Origin: a virus
Taxonomy: Duplodnaviria > Caudoviricetes
Virus record (IMG/VR): IMGVR_UViG_3300033120_000925
Span: 1-64,000 of that record
DNA: 64,000 bases
Strand: one strand, 5' to 3'
How positions within the stretch are numbered: the stretch's first letter is position 1; each line of letters opens with the position of its first letter. The translations under genes and the position numbers were made by a program. The notes beneath the pieces were generated by a model. It was not told the DNA's origin and did not search any database. It saw nothing but the letters and a program-made list of their open reading frames with translations. Below are positions 18,848 to 28,966 of the stretch, piece by piece.

Positions 18848-21800
18848 TTAATTAAACGATTTTACCACTTCGGAGTTAACCGCAAATAATTCAGTTTTAG
18901 TGTTTTTAGTAAGTGTCCCTGAAACTGTCAAGTGATAACCAAGCAATGAATTTACATTCGCGCTTTGCGGTTTCGAACACATTACATAATCTCCGCTTAC
19001 AATATTTGCAACGGCATTTAACGTTAATGTAGTAGCGGTTTTATTCGTTATTGTCCCTACAAGTTGGTTTGATAAATTCCTCACGTCGTCGCCGATGGAA
19101 ATATCGCTACTAAGCGAAAATCCAAAACTCAAAACAAGCCCCGATACGGCACAATTTCCAATCCCCTGCACACTTAACAATGAAGTGTCGATAACTGCAT
19201 TTGAAAGTCTTGCGTAGGCTTTATACACACCTTCTTCTTTATTGAAATCGGATGCGTTCACATATCCCGTGTCAATATCGGTAAGTAAGCCTACTTGCCA
19301 CGCATCTGTTCCTTCAATTTCTACGGTTTTGTAGTTTTTGCGCATCGATGGCTCTTGACTGAAATTTATCGTCCAAGCGCTTGGTGTTTCTACTCCATAA
19401 AACGTGTTCCTAACAGATTCGTTATGTTGATAGATTTCCCCGTTGAAAAATGACAAAAACTTTCCGTTCACGCGGCACATATCTTCCGGATTGAACGTTA
19501 TTCTACCCAACCATCCATTATCTTTATCAGAATAAACCCAAGTTACGTAAGAGCCGCTATTGTATTTTATGTTCAATACATATACATCGTGGTATTGGTC
19601 GTATTCTCCAATGATTTGATTGATTGCGTTGTCACGAAATAGTTTCTTGAAATACGAATTCATTCCCTGGCTTGAAATTTCAAACAGTCCATTGTTGGAT
19701 TTCTTTAATACAACTCCTCGTTTTGTGTCTGTCAAGTAGGAGTTGAACGCATATTCGTCAAAACTTTCCGGATGATAGGAAATGCCATATTCTCCGCCGT
19801 ACATTTCCTGTCCTTTTCCTAAAACCTCATCTGTAACGGTTAAGTTTGAACTTCCGTCGGCGTTAAACAAGAAATCTTTTCCATAATAAACCTTGCTACA
19901 TTTGTCTTCTTGATACACTTCGATATTGGTATCAGTACCTTTTATTTTCAAGATTGGGCCATAACTTTTTTCAATGTCTTCCTTGAAATTCGCCAAATAC
20001 AAATTAAATTCATTCAGCCTGTTTACGTTGGTGCTTGAATTATAAACTCCGGAATACGTAATATCTGTTTGGCGATTTACTTTTTTGAACCCATCTGCGC
20101 TAACCGCCGTGGCCGGAAAGTCAATCGATAAGTATCTTTCGTTGAAAGCATCCCTGATTTGGTAACTTTCGGCACCGTTGCCCATTACAAAACAATTGAA
20201 GGTATGTACCAATGAATGAACCCCGTCAACTACATTGGTTCCGTTGTAAACGTGCAATCCGTTCACGATAGGAAACACGTCTGGAGTTTCATAGAAAAGA
20301 CTGGAGCTTTCTTCAAGTCCTTGTTTCTCGAATATCATAAATCCGGCATTGGTCCTCAAAGTAACTTTCACGTCAAGGAATCCGCTTTTTGGATTTATAA
20401 CCGTATTCCTGCCGTTGGAGGTTCCTGTTATTTTAAAAGTTGTTGCCGTTGTCGATTCTTTGGCAAAAACACCGCCAAAATCAACTCCCGTGTTGTTTCC
20501 TTGAAACACCATCGTGGCAATCTGGGCATTGTAAAAATTTTGAAAATCAGGATAATCACTCGACGCTACAATATCGGCATCATAATCATTAAATTCATCT
20601 TCGTGGCTAAAACTACTCTTCAAAGAAATTGAAAGTATGGAGTTTCGAGGAATGTTTCCTGTTACCACCGAATTTGGAATAGTCAATGTAACCGTCGGAT
20701 AACCACTTCGTTGACCTGCACTTCCTATAAATTCTCTATAGCCATCAGGATCGTATTTCATATCGAATCCTACCGGTTTTATTTTCATATAAAGCCCTGA
20801 AATTTCAGAAACTCCACCTGCAATAAAATCCTGGTCTTGAACTTTTACCTCCAAAACTTTTACGGTAACCGGTTTTGCGTGAATACTCGACACATCACTT
20901 TTTACCAACAACGTATCTCCTTCTTTCACTTTGTTTTTGGTTTCGCCTTCTAATCGAACCCATCTGAAATAGCCATCTTCATAAAAATCCGTGGTATAAA
21001 TTTCTTCGTAGGTCTTGATGGTTTCTTTTATGGCGAATTTATACGTTGTCGCCCAAGCAGGAGGCATCGTGGTTCCCATATTTACCGTAAGCGTGTTCTT
21101 GGAAGTAGATTTCGATAACGGAATGAAAACGGTATTTTTTTCACTGGTCAATGCTGTGGTTTTTCTCCCTTGCGCGTCTCGATACAAAGTAGCTATTTCA
21201 TAACTCCTGTAGCTTTTCATACTTTTTTTGCTTGCAATCGAATCTACATAAGCAGCCGTAAGACTGTCTTGGTAGTATTCCGTGACAAAGGTGTTGGGTC
21301 CCGACGGTAATACTTCAATTTCATATTTCATCGACGGAAACACAATGTCAATTACATTGGTGCTTACTACGGCAACCGTAAATCCATTGTACAACGAAGG
21401 AGGAAATCCCAATGAACCTCCTGGCAACACCAGAAAAGTACTTTTAAACAAATCGTTGAAATAACCTTCAATCCCAGATTTGAATAAATTAATGGAGTCG
21501 TCGGCAATAACATCCGAGATGCTGTCATAATCTTTGTCCAAAACCGTCACGTAAGAATTGTCAAAAACTGCAATAGGTCTTGTTGGAGTTAACGGAGGAA
21601 CAACGGCAATCGATTTTATGTTGAATAAAATAGAAATAGCACCGTCCTTTTTTAGACTTTTTCCGGTAAAATCCAATCGTATTTTCCCGTCTACAATAGA
21701 CGAAGCATCAAATAGGGAAGTGGCCGATAATTTAGTTACGGACAATGGAGAGGACTCCGGCGATAACGACGAAACTCCCACGGTATAATCCATAACCACG

Positions 21801-22873
21801 GGGTTTCCGTTTTTGTCAATCAGGTCTTTTCCTTCTACATAATTTGCATACATAACGCGATTACCCGCTATCGTTCCCGCAACTACACTTTCCGGAACGT
21901 TGTCGTAGGACCTGAAATATTGGTCTTCCGGCAAAACAGAAAATATTTTGTTGTTCGTAAAACGAATTGGTGCCGGAATAGTCACGTTGTCCGCCCAAGA
22001 TTCTTCCGTTTTTACAAATTGGTCCACTTTGTAAACTACGGTTGAATTACTGTATTTAAACAACAAATCCACGCCTATTACTTCTCTTGGACCGGTGTTG
22101 AACGTAATGTCGCAACCATTGTAAATATTGACCATTCCTTTGTTCTCGCAAGAACTAGGGTTTAAATCAAAACGATTGGGCGTGAAAGCGTATTCCTGCC
22201 AAGACGAAATTGCCGAATAGTAATTGTCTTTGTATTTATAACGCGTGGCAAAAGAAACATACTTGTCTTTCAGAAAATTTTCTTTTTCGTCCAAAGTTTT
22301 TACTTGAACTACCGTTGGCGGAAACAATGGTGGCGCTTTAATAAGCATAATCTCCTCGGCGGTAAACCAATCTATTCCGGAACCTGCTAATGCTAATTCT
22401 AAATCTATATATTTTTGTTTGAAACGAGCAATATTTAAAATCCTCGGCGGGTTGCTGTCGCCGGAAAACTTCAATAAAGTATCTGAAACGGTATTTCCGG
22501 AGATTACTTCTACATTCGTAATACGTTCTCCTGTACGGAAATTTAAACGTGTTCCGGTTGTAGATTGGGCGACAATTTCAGAAACGTATGTTTCGCTGTC
22601 GTACTCAATAATATAATCGTGATTAGTTCCTTTTATGAAGTTGTAAACCTTGTTTTCGCTTGTGTTTACACCGTGTCCAATAGTATGACCACCTGTAATA
22701 TTGTAGGCAGTTTTCAAGGCATTTCCCAAGGCGTTCTTGCCAACGCCGCCAGAACTTGAATCTGTTGCAGAGACGAAAAAGTTTTCGGCATCAATCATCT
22801 CGGCAGAGTCAACAAATCTTGAATCTAAATCCTTATTTATAATTCCTTTAGAAAATGTATTTTGTATTTTCAT
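18848..22873 (-). CDS. Tail stabilisation/nozzle protein (1341 aa)
   Basis: NTFSKGIINKDLDSR start, beta-rich; synteny after tail adaptor genes of podoviruses. Confidence 0.7.
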   Translation of the reverse strand: MKIQNTFSKGIINKDLDSRFVDSAEMIDAENFFVSATDSSSGGVGKNALGNALKTAYNITGGHTIGHGVNTSENKVYNFIKGTNHDYIIEYDSETYVSEIVAQSTTGTRLNFRTGERITNVEVISGNTVSDTLLKFSGDSNPPRILNIARFKQKYIDLELALAGSGIDWFTAEEIMLIKAPPLFPPTVVQVKTLDEKENFLKDKYVSFATRYKYKDNYYSAISSWQEYAFTPNRFDLNPSSCENKGMVNIYNGCDITFNTGPREVIGVDLLFKYSNSTVVYKVDQFVKTEESWADNVTIPAPIRFTNNKIFSVLPEDQYFRSYDNVPESVVAGTIAGNRVMYANYVEGKDLIDKNGNPVVMDYTVGVSSLSPESSPLSVTKLSATSLFDASSIVDGKIRLDFTGKSLKKDGAISILFNIKSIAVVPPLTPTRPIAVFDNSYVTVLDKDYDSISDVIADDSINLFKSGIEGYFNDLFKSTFLVLPGGSLGFPPSLYNGFTVAVVSTNVIDIVFPSMKYEIEVLPSGPNTFVTEYYQDSLTAAYVDSIASKKSMKSYRSYEIATLYRDAQGRKTTALTSEKNTVFIPLSKSTSKNTLTVNMGTTMPPAWATTYKFAIKETIKTYEEIYTTDFYEDGYFRWVRLEGETKNKVKEGDTLLVKSDVSSIHAKPVTVKVLEVKVQDQDFIAGGVSEISGLYMKIKPVGFDMKYDPDGYREFIGSAGQRSGYPTVTLTIPNSVVTGNIPRNSILSISLKSSFSHEDEFNDYDADIVASSDYPDFQNFYNAQIATMVFQGNNTGVDFGGVFAKESTTATTFKITGTSNGRNTVINPKSGFLDVKVTLRTNAGFMIFEKQGLEESSSLFYETPDVFPIVNGLHVYNGTNVVDGVHSLVHTFNCFVMGNGAESYQIRDAFNERYLSIDFPATAVSADGFKKVNRQTDITYSGVYNSSTNVNRLNEFNLYLANFKEDIEKSYGPILKIKGTDTNIEVYQEDKCSKVYYGKDFLFNADGSSNLTVTDEVLGKGQEMYGGEYGISYHPESFDEYAFNSYLTDTKRGVVLKKSNNGLFEISSQGMNSYFKKLFRDNAINQIIGEYDQYHDVYVLNIKYNSGSYVTWVYSDKDNGWLGRITFNPEDMCRVNGKFLSFFNGEIYQHNESVRNTFYGVETPSAWTINFSQEPSMRKNYKTVEIEGTDAWQVGLLTDIDTGYVNASDFNKEEGVYKAYARLSNAVIDTSLLSVQGIGNCAVSGLVLSFGFSLSSDISIGDDVRNLSNQLVGTITNKTATTLTLNAVANIVSGDYVMCSKPQSANVNSLLGYHLTVSGTLTKNTKTELFAVNSEVVKSFN

Positions 22874-23725
22874 CTATCGTAAGTATTGTCGTTTCGCATT
22901 CAAAACCAACATCGTGTCACCAATCCTGACATCCATCATTCTGATTTTGGCATTGGTATATTCGGCGCGATATATTTTTTCTGCTTGTTTCTTTTCGTAC
23001 ATTGGTATTCCGGCATCCGAAAACATCATATTGAAATTAATGTAGTGCAGGATGGCTGTTTCGGCGAGTTTGCTTACTTTGATGTCGGACTCGTTCAAAA
23101 ACTCCAAACCATCCGAAACATACTCAAGCATAATCACCCTGCTTGCATTATCCGAACTAAAGTGCATTCTGCCTTCTCTCGGAATAGGCTTGAAAGCTCC
23201 GTTGATATTTTTAGTCGTGTCTAAATTATAATTTGTGTCTTCCGAATTTACATCAAAACTACTCACGAAATTTCGCTCCGTAATCGTGTCTTTTAGCAAA
23301 CTATGATAAGTAGTTCCCTCAAGAATAAAACCATCGTTGTCGAACAGGATATTGGCGTTGTGGTCTTGCAAATAAGCAGTTCCCGCCGGCAAGTCGTCAT
23401 TCACCGATAAAAACATCAAATCGCCTGTAACCGGATGAACATACGAAACACGAACCCAATTAATGTAATCTACTGGCAGAATAATATCAAGCGTGTCACC
23501 CAACTCCAGTTCCACTTTTTTGGTTTCTCGCAAGGCATTTATAGTAAACTGTTTTATCCCCTGTTTGGCGTGGCGAACAATCTTTCTACGATTGGCTTTT
23601 CCTATCAGGGTTCCATTTCCCGTAAACGTATCGATAAAGTCATCTACAATATTTTCCAAACTCACATAAATATAGGAGTTCGTGGCAGGGTCGGAATAAT
23701 ATATTTCAGGATTAATTGCGCTCAT
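22874..23725 (-). CDS. Tail adaptor/ring structural protein
   Basis: Synteny; LPVDYINWVRVS motif like podovirus tail ring proteins. Confidence 0.6.
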   Translation of the reverse strand: MSAINPEIYYSDPATNSYIYVSLENIVDDFIDTFTGNGTLIGKANRRKIVRHAKQGIKQFTINALRETKKVELELGDTLDIILPVDYINWVRVSYVHPVTGDLMFLSVNDDLPAGTAYLQDHNANILFDNDGFILEGTTYHSLLKDTITERNFVSSFDVNSEDTNYNLDTTKNINGAFKPIPREGRMHFSSDNASRVIMLEYVSDGLEFLNESDIKVSKLAETAILHYINFNMMFSDAGIPMYEKKQAEKIYRAEYTNAKIRMMDVRIGDTMLVLNAKRQYLR

Positions 23726-24468
23726 TAGGATTGTTTATTTTCTGTTTTTACTTCTTCATTGTCGGCGATGGCGGCCACGTCATTTTCCTTGATGGAGATT
23801 CCGCAATACGATAATATTTTCGCTACAAGTAGAGGAAATAAAGGCTCCGCTAATTCAAAATCCTGCAAATCTCCGGCTCCCGCATTGTAAACAGGATTTC
23901 CGCCTGATAATACGTATGTCCATTTAGGTGTTTTTGGCGTTCTTATGTAAAACAACTCCAATGAATATCCACTAGGAACAGTGGGGAAAACTCTGTAACT
24001 CACGCCAATTTTAGTGTAGATAGGATATGTATTTGTAGCTTCTTTTGAGGCAATATTCAACTCATATCCTTTGTGAACTTCTTGCACATCACGACGCTTC
24101 CCTGCGGCATTAATCAAGGTCAATCCTTCGGTACGGTATAAATCATTTCCTATGTAACTCCATACATTATTTGGGGCGTTGTAGGTAAAATTCGAAGGAG
24201 TAGAGTAGGTTGCAAACACGTCAATCTGCTCCTGGATGTTCTGAACTATATCTGAATACTCCGAGTTTACGTATTTCTTAGTTTGATTGTTCGTGTGCTT
24301 ATTTAATCTATAAAACAAATTCTCAAATAAGTCCATTTGAGCAAGATGACAAAAAGCGTCAAACTCCGACGTTCCAATTGCGCCGCGATTGTTCTTGTTA
24401 AGCAGGTGTAAAACCGTGTTTCTGACTTTATTTATGGAAATCATATTGATATTATTTTCTATCAACAA
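23725..24468 (-). CDS. Head-tail connector/tail ring protein; start probably ATG at ~24444
   Basis: MISINKVRNTVLHLLNKNNRG...EFD..AQMDLFE pattern; synteny. Confidence 0.6.
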   Translation of the reverse strand: MLIENNINMISINKVRNTVLHLLNKNNRGAIGTSEFDAFCHLAQMDLFENLFYRLNKHTNNQTKKYVNSEYSDIVQNIQEQIDVFATYSTPSNFTYNAPNNVWSYIGNDLYRTEGLTLINAAGKRRDVQEVHKGYELNIASKEATNTYPIYTKIGVSYRVFPTVPSGYSLELFYIRTPKTPKWTYVLSGGNPVYNAGAGDLQDFELAEPLFPLLVAKILSYCGISIKENDVAAIADNEEVKTENKQS

Positions 24469-24504
24469 AGATATTCAATAATCATTTGCAAACATTTGTT
24501 GTCG
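24466..24504 (-). promoter_or_regulatory. Late promoter/operator copy 2
   Basis: CAAAGATA at 24466, CAAACATTTGTTGTCG at 24489, 15-nt gap. Confidence 0.8.
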
Positions 24505-24520
24505 GTTGTTTTTTGAAACC

Positions 24521-24553
24521 AAAAACCCCGACTCCATAAAGAATCGGGGTTTT
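24521..24553. terminator. Intrinsic terminator
   Basis: AAAAACCCCGA...TCGGGGTTTT. Confidence 0.8.
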
Positions 24554-24575
24554 CTACATTCAAGCCTTACGTATT

Positions 24576-25637
24576 TTAGCTGATTGCGTTAGAAAGATAA
24601 TCGTAGGTTGCTCTTCCTTCATTGGTTTGGAAATACTCGGCGATGGCGTCGTATTCGTTTACGTTTCTTCCTACCTCAAGAATCACTTCTTTTCGGTCAT
24701 TGATGAAACGGTATTTGTCAAAAACTAAATACCCCCTTGAAACTGCCGTACGAGCAACTCCTTTGTATTTTAATTTAGGGTCGTTGGCTAATTCTATGTA
24801 CTTTTTAGGCTCTTTTTTGATGTAGGAGTAGATTTCCTCTTTGACGATAGACATATCCCAAGAATCGATATATCCAAGAGAAACTAAACTCGCAATAACT
24901 CTATTGGAACTATCCCCAATTTCACGGGCAAGTTTCTTGGCTTCAAAATCCAAATCCTCTGCTTCAACTGCTTTTCTTGATTTTTCGGTAACGTCAAATT
25001 CCTTGAATAGTATTCCGTTTTCAGGAGTAATAGCCAAGAATTGTTGTAACGCAATATCATTAGCTGAAGTATTTAGCGTACCATTTTTCAGGATGATATG
25101 TGCCGTACTTACGGAGCCTGGCTCTTTCGATTGTTGATCCATAAAGAATGAAGTCTGATTCGTGGCGTATCGTAACGCGTGAGATTTCTTCGTTTCTTTA
25201 TTAAGGTAAGTCAATGGTTTTGCCTCTGTATGCTGATGGGTAATACTTGCCGAAAGTGGCTTACCATCCATCCAAACATAAGTTCTGTCCTTCATAACCC
25301 AATTCCTTAATTCAGGAATGTCATTCGGGTCATTCGGTACTTCATAAACTATCCTTTCTTTTACAGACTCTTGTTTTTGGGGTTGTAGCGATGCTAATGC
25401 TTTGGCTAATTCGCTTGCTACTAATTTTTGAACTTCCGACAAAGGAATTGACGGCTCTTGTTCTTCTGTAGTCGTAGGCGGTTTTTCTTCCGTGGAATCT
25501 GAACTTTCGACGGATTTCAAATACTCGGCCAAAGGAATTTCTCCTACATATTTTTTATCTACTATTAATCCATCTACAACCATTTTTTTGTAGATATTAG
25601 ACAAGTGAGAGGGTAACTTAACTTCTTGTGTTTCCAT
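24576..25637 (-). CDS. Virion-associated protein downstream of major capsid gene
   Basis: ORF track; synteny only. Confidence 0.6.
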   Translation of the reverse strand: METQEVKLPSHLSNIYKKMVVDGLIVDKKYVGEIPLAEYLKSVESSDSTEEKPPTTTEEQEPSIPLSEVQKLVASELAKALASLQPQKQESVKERIVYEVPNDPNDIPELRNWVMKDRTYVWMDGKPLSASITHQHTEAKPLTYLNKETKKSHALRYATNQTSFFMDQQSKEPGSVSTAHIILKNGTLNTSANDIALQQFLAITPENGILFKEFDVTEKSRKAVEAEDLDFEAKKLAREIGDSSNRVIASLVSLGYIDSWDMSIVKEEIYSYIKKEPKKYIELANDPKLKYKGVARTAVSRGYLVFDKYRFINDRKEVILEVGRNVNEYDAIAEYFQTNEGRATYDYLSNAIS

Positions 25638-25670
25638 TTCGATTTAATTTGATTTGAATTTATTTTTATT

Positions 25671-25699
25671 AAAAAGGCGAGAGTAATTCTCGCCTTTTT
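25671..25699. terminator. Intrinsic terminator after major capsid gene
   Basis: AAAAAGGCGAGA-GTAAT-TCTCGCCTTTTT. Confidence 0.85.
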
Positions 25700-25718
25700 C
25701 TTTATTCTAATGCTATGC

Positions 25719-27047
25719 TTACCCCTGAAAAATGAACGTGTTAGCACGCCCTAGCACGACCAAAGCTTGTTCGGCCTGGAATTCAGTACGAATTTCATCT
25801 TTAGTACTTGTTCCATTTTTCCAGTCAAATACGCTCATCTCGTATTTCAAGTTTGTAGGTCCGTATGCTTTGTATCTAAGGTGAAGCAACGGTAAAGTAG
25901 CTTGTTTTCCTTTAGACGCATCGTAAACACTTTTTGAACCTGAAGGGAACATAATAGCGTGAACTTTTTTAGCACCTACCATAGAACCTTGGGCAGTTGG
26001 AGCTTCTACATATCTCCATCTTGATTTACCGAACTCATAACCACCTCTTTTGAATCCAGAGAATTCAAGGTTCAATGCCATTTTTTCGTTGTTGTCGAAC
26101 ATACCCCAAGATAATCCTGTAGTATTTACGGCTGACAAATAATCGTCAATGGTAGAGTTGAAAGCAGTTGTTCCGTACATAAATTGTTGTGACAAACCAC
26201 CTTGTTTGTTGCTACGGTCAATGATGGAATCTACTCCGGCCATTGTAGAAAGAGTACCTGTGTAGATGTTTCCTTCTCTAAATGCGTCGAACAAACCTTG
26301 GGAACCTTGATAACCTGCTGTAAGCAAATCACCGGCCCATTTTTTCTTGTTCAACAACCCTGATTCGATGGCGTTTTTGAAACGTTTTTCTGTGTTGGCA
26401 TAGTTCAAGAAGTACCAAACGTGTTTCACTGAACCGTCTGCTCCTGTAATATCCAACCAAGAAATAGAAGCCATATTTGAACGATTCTCTTTAACCATTT
26501 CTTTGAATTTAGAAAGGTTTTGTTCAAATGAGGTAACTTTGGTGTTCAATGATTCTTGCATACCTTCAGAACCTTTCAAGAATTCGTTGGTATCTGCGAA
26601 AACTACAATTCCAGTAGTTCCGATAGCAGTCCATCCGGCAGCTTCTCCACATAAAGCGGTGAAAGTTGTGCTTGTAACAGAACTAATACGTCCTTGTCTT
26701 ACGTTAGCACCTGCTGTATCTCTGGCTACAATAACTTCTCCTGGACGGAAAGTATGGTCGGCAAGAGTAAATACGTCTGCTGTACGGGCAACGCCTTCTC
26801 CTAATTGAGTCAAACGGTCTTCTTCTTTCCAAAGAACGCTGTCGGCGGCGATTGCAATTTCTTTTCCTTGCAATTCAATCATACCTGTCAATTCTTGAGA
26901 TCCGTAACGTTCTTGAATTTTATTGTATGTTTCTGGTAATTCTTGTCTTAACCAGTCGTAATCTGCGCTACCCAAATAGTTTTCAGGGGTAGGGACTTTT
27001 GTGGCAGAAGGTGTAAAACTTACTGCGGGGGATGTTTCTAATGCCAT
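25719..27047 (-). CDS. Major capsid protein
   Basis: 442 aa after scaffold and portal, followed by terminator; NLEFSGFKRGGYEFGK pattern like Bacteroidota podovirus capsids. Confidence 0.8.
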   Translation of the reverse strand: MALETSPAVSFTPSATKVPTPENYLGSADYDWLRQELPETYNKIQERYGSQELTGMIELQGKEIAIAADSVLWKEEDRLTQLGEGVARTADVFTLADHTFRPGEVIVARDTAGANVRQGRISSVTSTTFTALCGEAAGWTAIGTTGIVVFADTNEFLKGSEGMQESLNTKVTSFEQNLSKFKEMVKENRSNMASISWLDITGADGSVKHVWYFLNYANTEKRFKNAIESGLLNKKKWAGDLLTAGYQGSQGLFDAFREGNIYTGTLSTMAGVDSIIDRSNKQGGLSQQFMYGTTAFNSTIDDYLSAVNTTGLSWGMFDNNEKMALNLEFSGFKRGGYEFGKSRWRYVEAPTAQGSMVGAKKVHAIMFPSGSKSVYDASKGKQATLPLLHLRYKAYGPTNLKYEMSVFDWKNGTSTKDEIRTEFQAEQALVVLGRANTFIFQG

Positions 27048-27091
27048 TTCGTTTTTTGTGTTTAGTTATTATTTAACTTTTGCAAAAAGAA

Positions 27092-28219
27092 TTAGTCTTT
27101 TGATTCCTTAACAGTCCAAGTAGATGTAGGCGTATTGATGCTTTTTATCGTGTCTTGGGTGATATTCTTCGATAGTTTATCATCTTTTTCAACTTGGGAG
27201 GCTTTCCCTAAATTGTAGAAATGTTCTGCTACCTTATCGGCATTTGCACCGAAGTACAATGCTTTGTGAAACCCTTTCGGGTCTTTTAGATTTCCTGTTT
27301 TTTCGTCAAAGAACTGTCTGTTAAAGTTGTTGATGTCTAATTGGGTATTCTTCGTTTCCTGAATATTTTCGGGTTTAATCGAAATTTCTTCAAAACCTGT
27401 TTTCTCATCTCCGACCTTCAATTTGAAACCTTCAAAATCTTTCGTAAAAATGTCATTGGTTTTGGAAACATAGTCTTCCCTGTTTTTAGCCATCGCTAAA
27501 CTGTATTCTTCCTGCTGTTTTTGTGAACTCTCCAATTCTGCTTTGGCATTTCGATATTCTTCCGGTATATAGTCTTCAGAACCTCTGTTGACCATATATT
27601 CCTCCTTCTGTTTGTCGAGGTAGCTGTGGGCTTTTTGTAAATCCACTTTTGCTTTAATCTGTTTTGATTTTATATCCCTGTCCGAGTCTATATCTTCATC
27701 AAAAACATATTTATCTTCATATAGAAAATCAATATCCTCTTTATCAAGAGTTGGATTTTCTTTTTTTAGCAATTCCTTTAAAACCACTTCTTGACTTTCA
27801 GCCGTCCAATCTTTTTGGGTAGCTTCAAAATCCTTGTAACTGTGGTTTCCTGTTTTTTCCACGAACTCTTGAAACTTTTCGATTTCTGGAGCCAATTTCT
27901 TTTGTTCTTTCGGGGTCAACGAATCCTGAAATTCCTCCACCGTCATTCCTCTTGATTCTGCCAAATATTGTAGGGCTAAATCCTCGTCAAGCTCCACCGC
28001 TTCAAATTCGTCTTCTACTACATCAGTAACAACCTCTGCAACTTCTTCTGCTTTGGGAGTTTCCTCTGCTTTTGGCGTTTCTTCCGTAACCTCCGAAACC
28101 TTTACGATTTCTTCTGCCGGTTGTTCGGACCTGTCTACACTTTCGGTAACTTTATATTCTGATTGAGGAGTTTCTACGACTACTGCCGCCTCGTCAATAA
28201 TTGTTTCGTCTTGTGGCAT
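27092..28219 (-). CDS. Capsid scaffolding protein
   Basis: Very acidic N-terminus, coiled coil; between portal and capsid. Confidence 0.7.
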   Translation of the reverse strand: MPQDETIIDEAAVVVETPQSEYKVTESVDRSEQPAEEIVKVSEVTEETPKAEETPKAEEVAEVVTDVVEDEFEAVELDEDLALQYLAESRGMTVEEFQDSLTPKEQKKLAPEIEKFQEFVEKTGNHSYKDFEATQKDWTAESQEVVLKELLKKENPTLDKEDIDFLYEDKYVFDEDIDSDRDIKSKQIKAKVDLQKAHSYLDKQKEEYMVNRGSEDYIPEEYRNAKAELESSQKQQEEYSLAMAKNREDYVSKTNDIFTKDFEGFKLKVGDEKTGFEEISIKPENIQETKNTQLDINNFNRQFFDEKTGNLKDPKGFHKALYFGANADKVAEHFYNLGKASQVEKDDKLSKNITQDTIKSINTPTSTWTVKESKD

Positions 28220-28245
28220 TTGAATTTGATTTGATTTAATTAGGA

Positions 28246-28305
28246 CAAAATTATGTAAAAAATGATTACAAACGTTTGTTGTCGGTTATTTTATTTGTAC
28301 ATTTG
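28246..28305. promoter_or_regulatory. Late promoter/operator copy 3, bidirectional (minus -7 box at 28246, plus -7 box TACATTTG at 28298)
   Basis: Palindrome CAAACGTTTG at 28269; 15-nt gap leftward, TTTG-N19-TAnnTTTG rightward. Confidence 0.75.
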
Positions 28306-28309
28306 CATT

Positions 28310-28500
28310 ACTCTTGGCTCCATATTAGGGCCAATGAGTTTCGAAACTCGATATTTCAAGATATTTACCGAGCTTTGCGGTAAGGCAGAATAAAGTTTGG
28401 ACAGCGAAAGCAGAACTTAATTTAGACAGCCTTTGAGTTGATTCTTCCATTTGGAGAAACCAAATCTAAAAGCGGATAGCCTTGAAGTTATCCGCTTTTT
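28310..28500 (+). ncRNA. Candidate structured non-coding RNA
   Basis: ORF-free ~190 nt between a plus-strand promoter and a U-tailed terminator, with several hairpins. Confidence 0.4.
28468..28500. terminator. Bidirectional intrinsic terminator
   Basis: AAAAGCGGATAG...TTATCCGCTTTTT. Confidence 0.85.
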
Positions 28501-28504
28501 GCTT

Positions 28505-28954
28505 TTAGACTTGCTTTGCTTTTTTAACAAAAACATTTTTGATTTTCGGCATTTCTTTCTCCAACGGTGCTGTTCTACTATAAGAATCCCTTGTAGACGT
28601 AGATATTCCGGTGCTGTATTTATCGACTAGGTTAGAGTCGTTTACGTGTTCCCTTCCTCTCATTACCTGCGGAACTCCTCCTTTTAGCCTTGTTTCGTTT
28701 GCAGTTTTATTACCGGCTCTTGCTTGGTCAACAATATCTTTTCCGTCAAACTTGGCTTTTTTGGCTCCTGATATGCTGTCGCTTTTGGCCATAGACTCTA
28801 CTTCATTTCTTTTTTTATTGTAATCGGTAGTTTCGTTCACTTTTGCAATAAAGTCTTTGGAAAGCCCTTTCGGCACATAGGCTTCCATTTCTACTTTAGT
28901 TTCTGCTGTTTTTTTTGGCACTTTCACCATTACTTTTTTTGCTGGATTTGGCAT
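28505..28954 (-). CDS. Basic hypothetical protein
   Basis: ORF track. Confidence 0.6.
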   Translation of the reverse strand: MPNPAKKVMVKVPKKTAETKVEMEAYVPKGLSKDFIAKVNETTDYNKKRNEVESMAKSDSISGAKKAKFDGKDIVDQARAGNKTANETRLKGGVPQVMRGREHVNDSNLVDKYSTGISTSTRDSYSRTAPLEKEMPKIKNVFVKKAKQV

Positions 28955-28966
28955 CTTTTTTTATTT

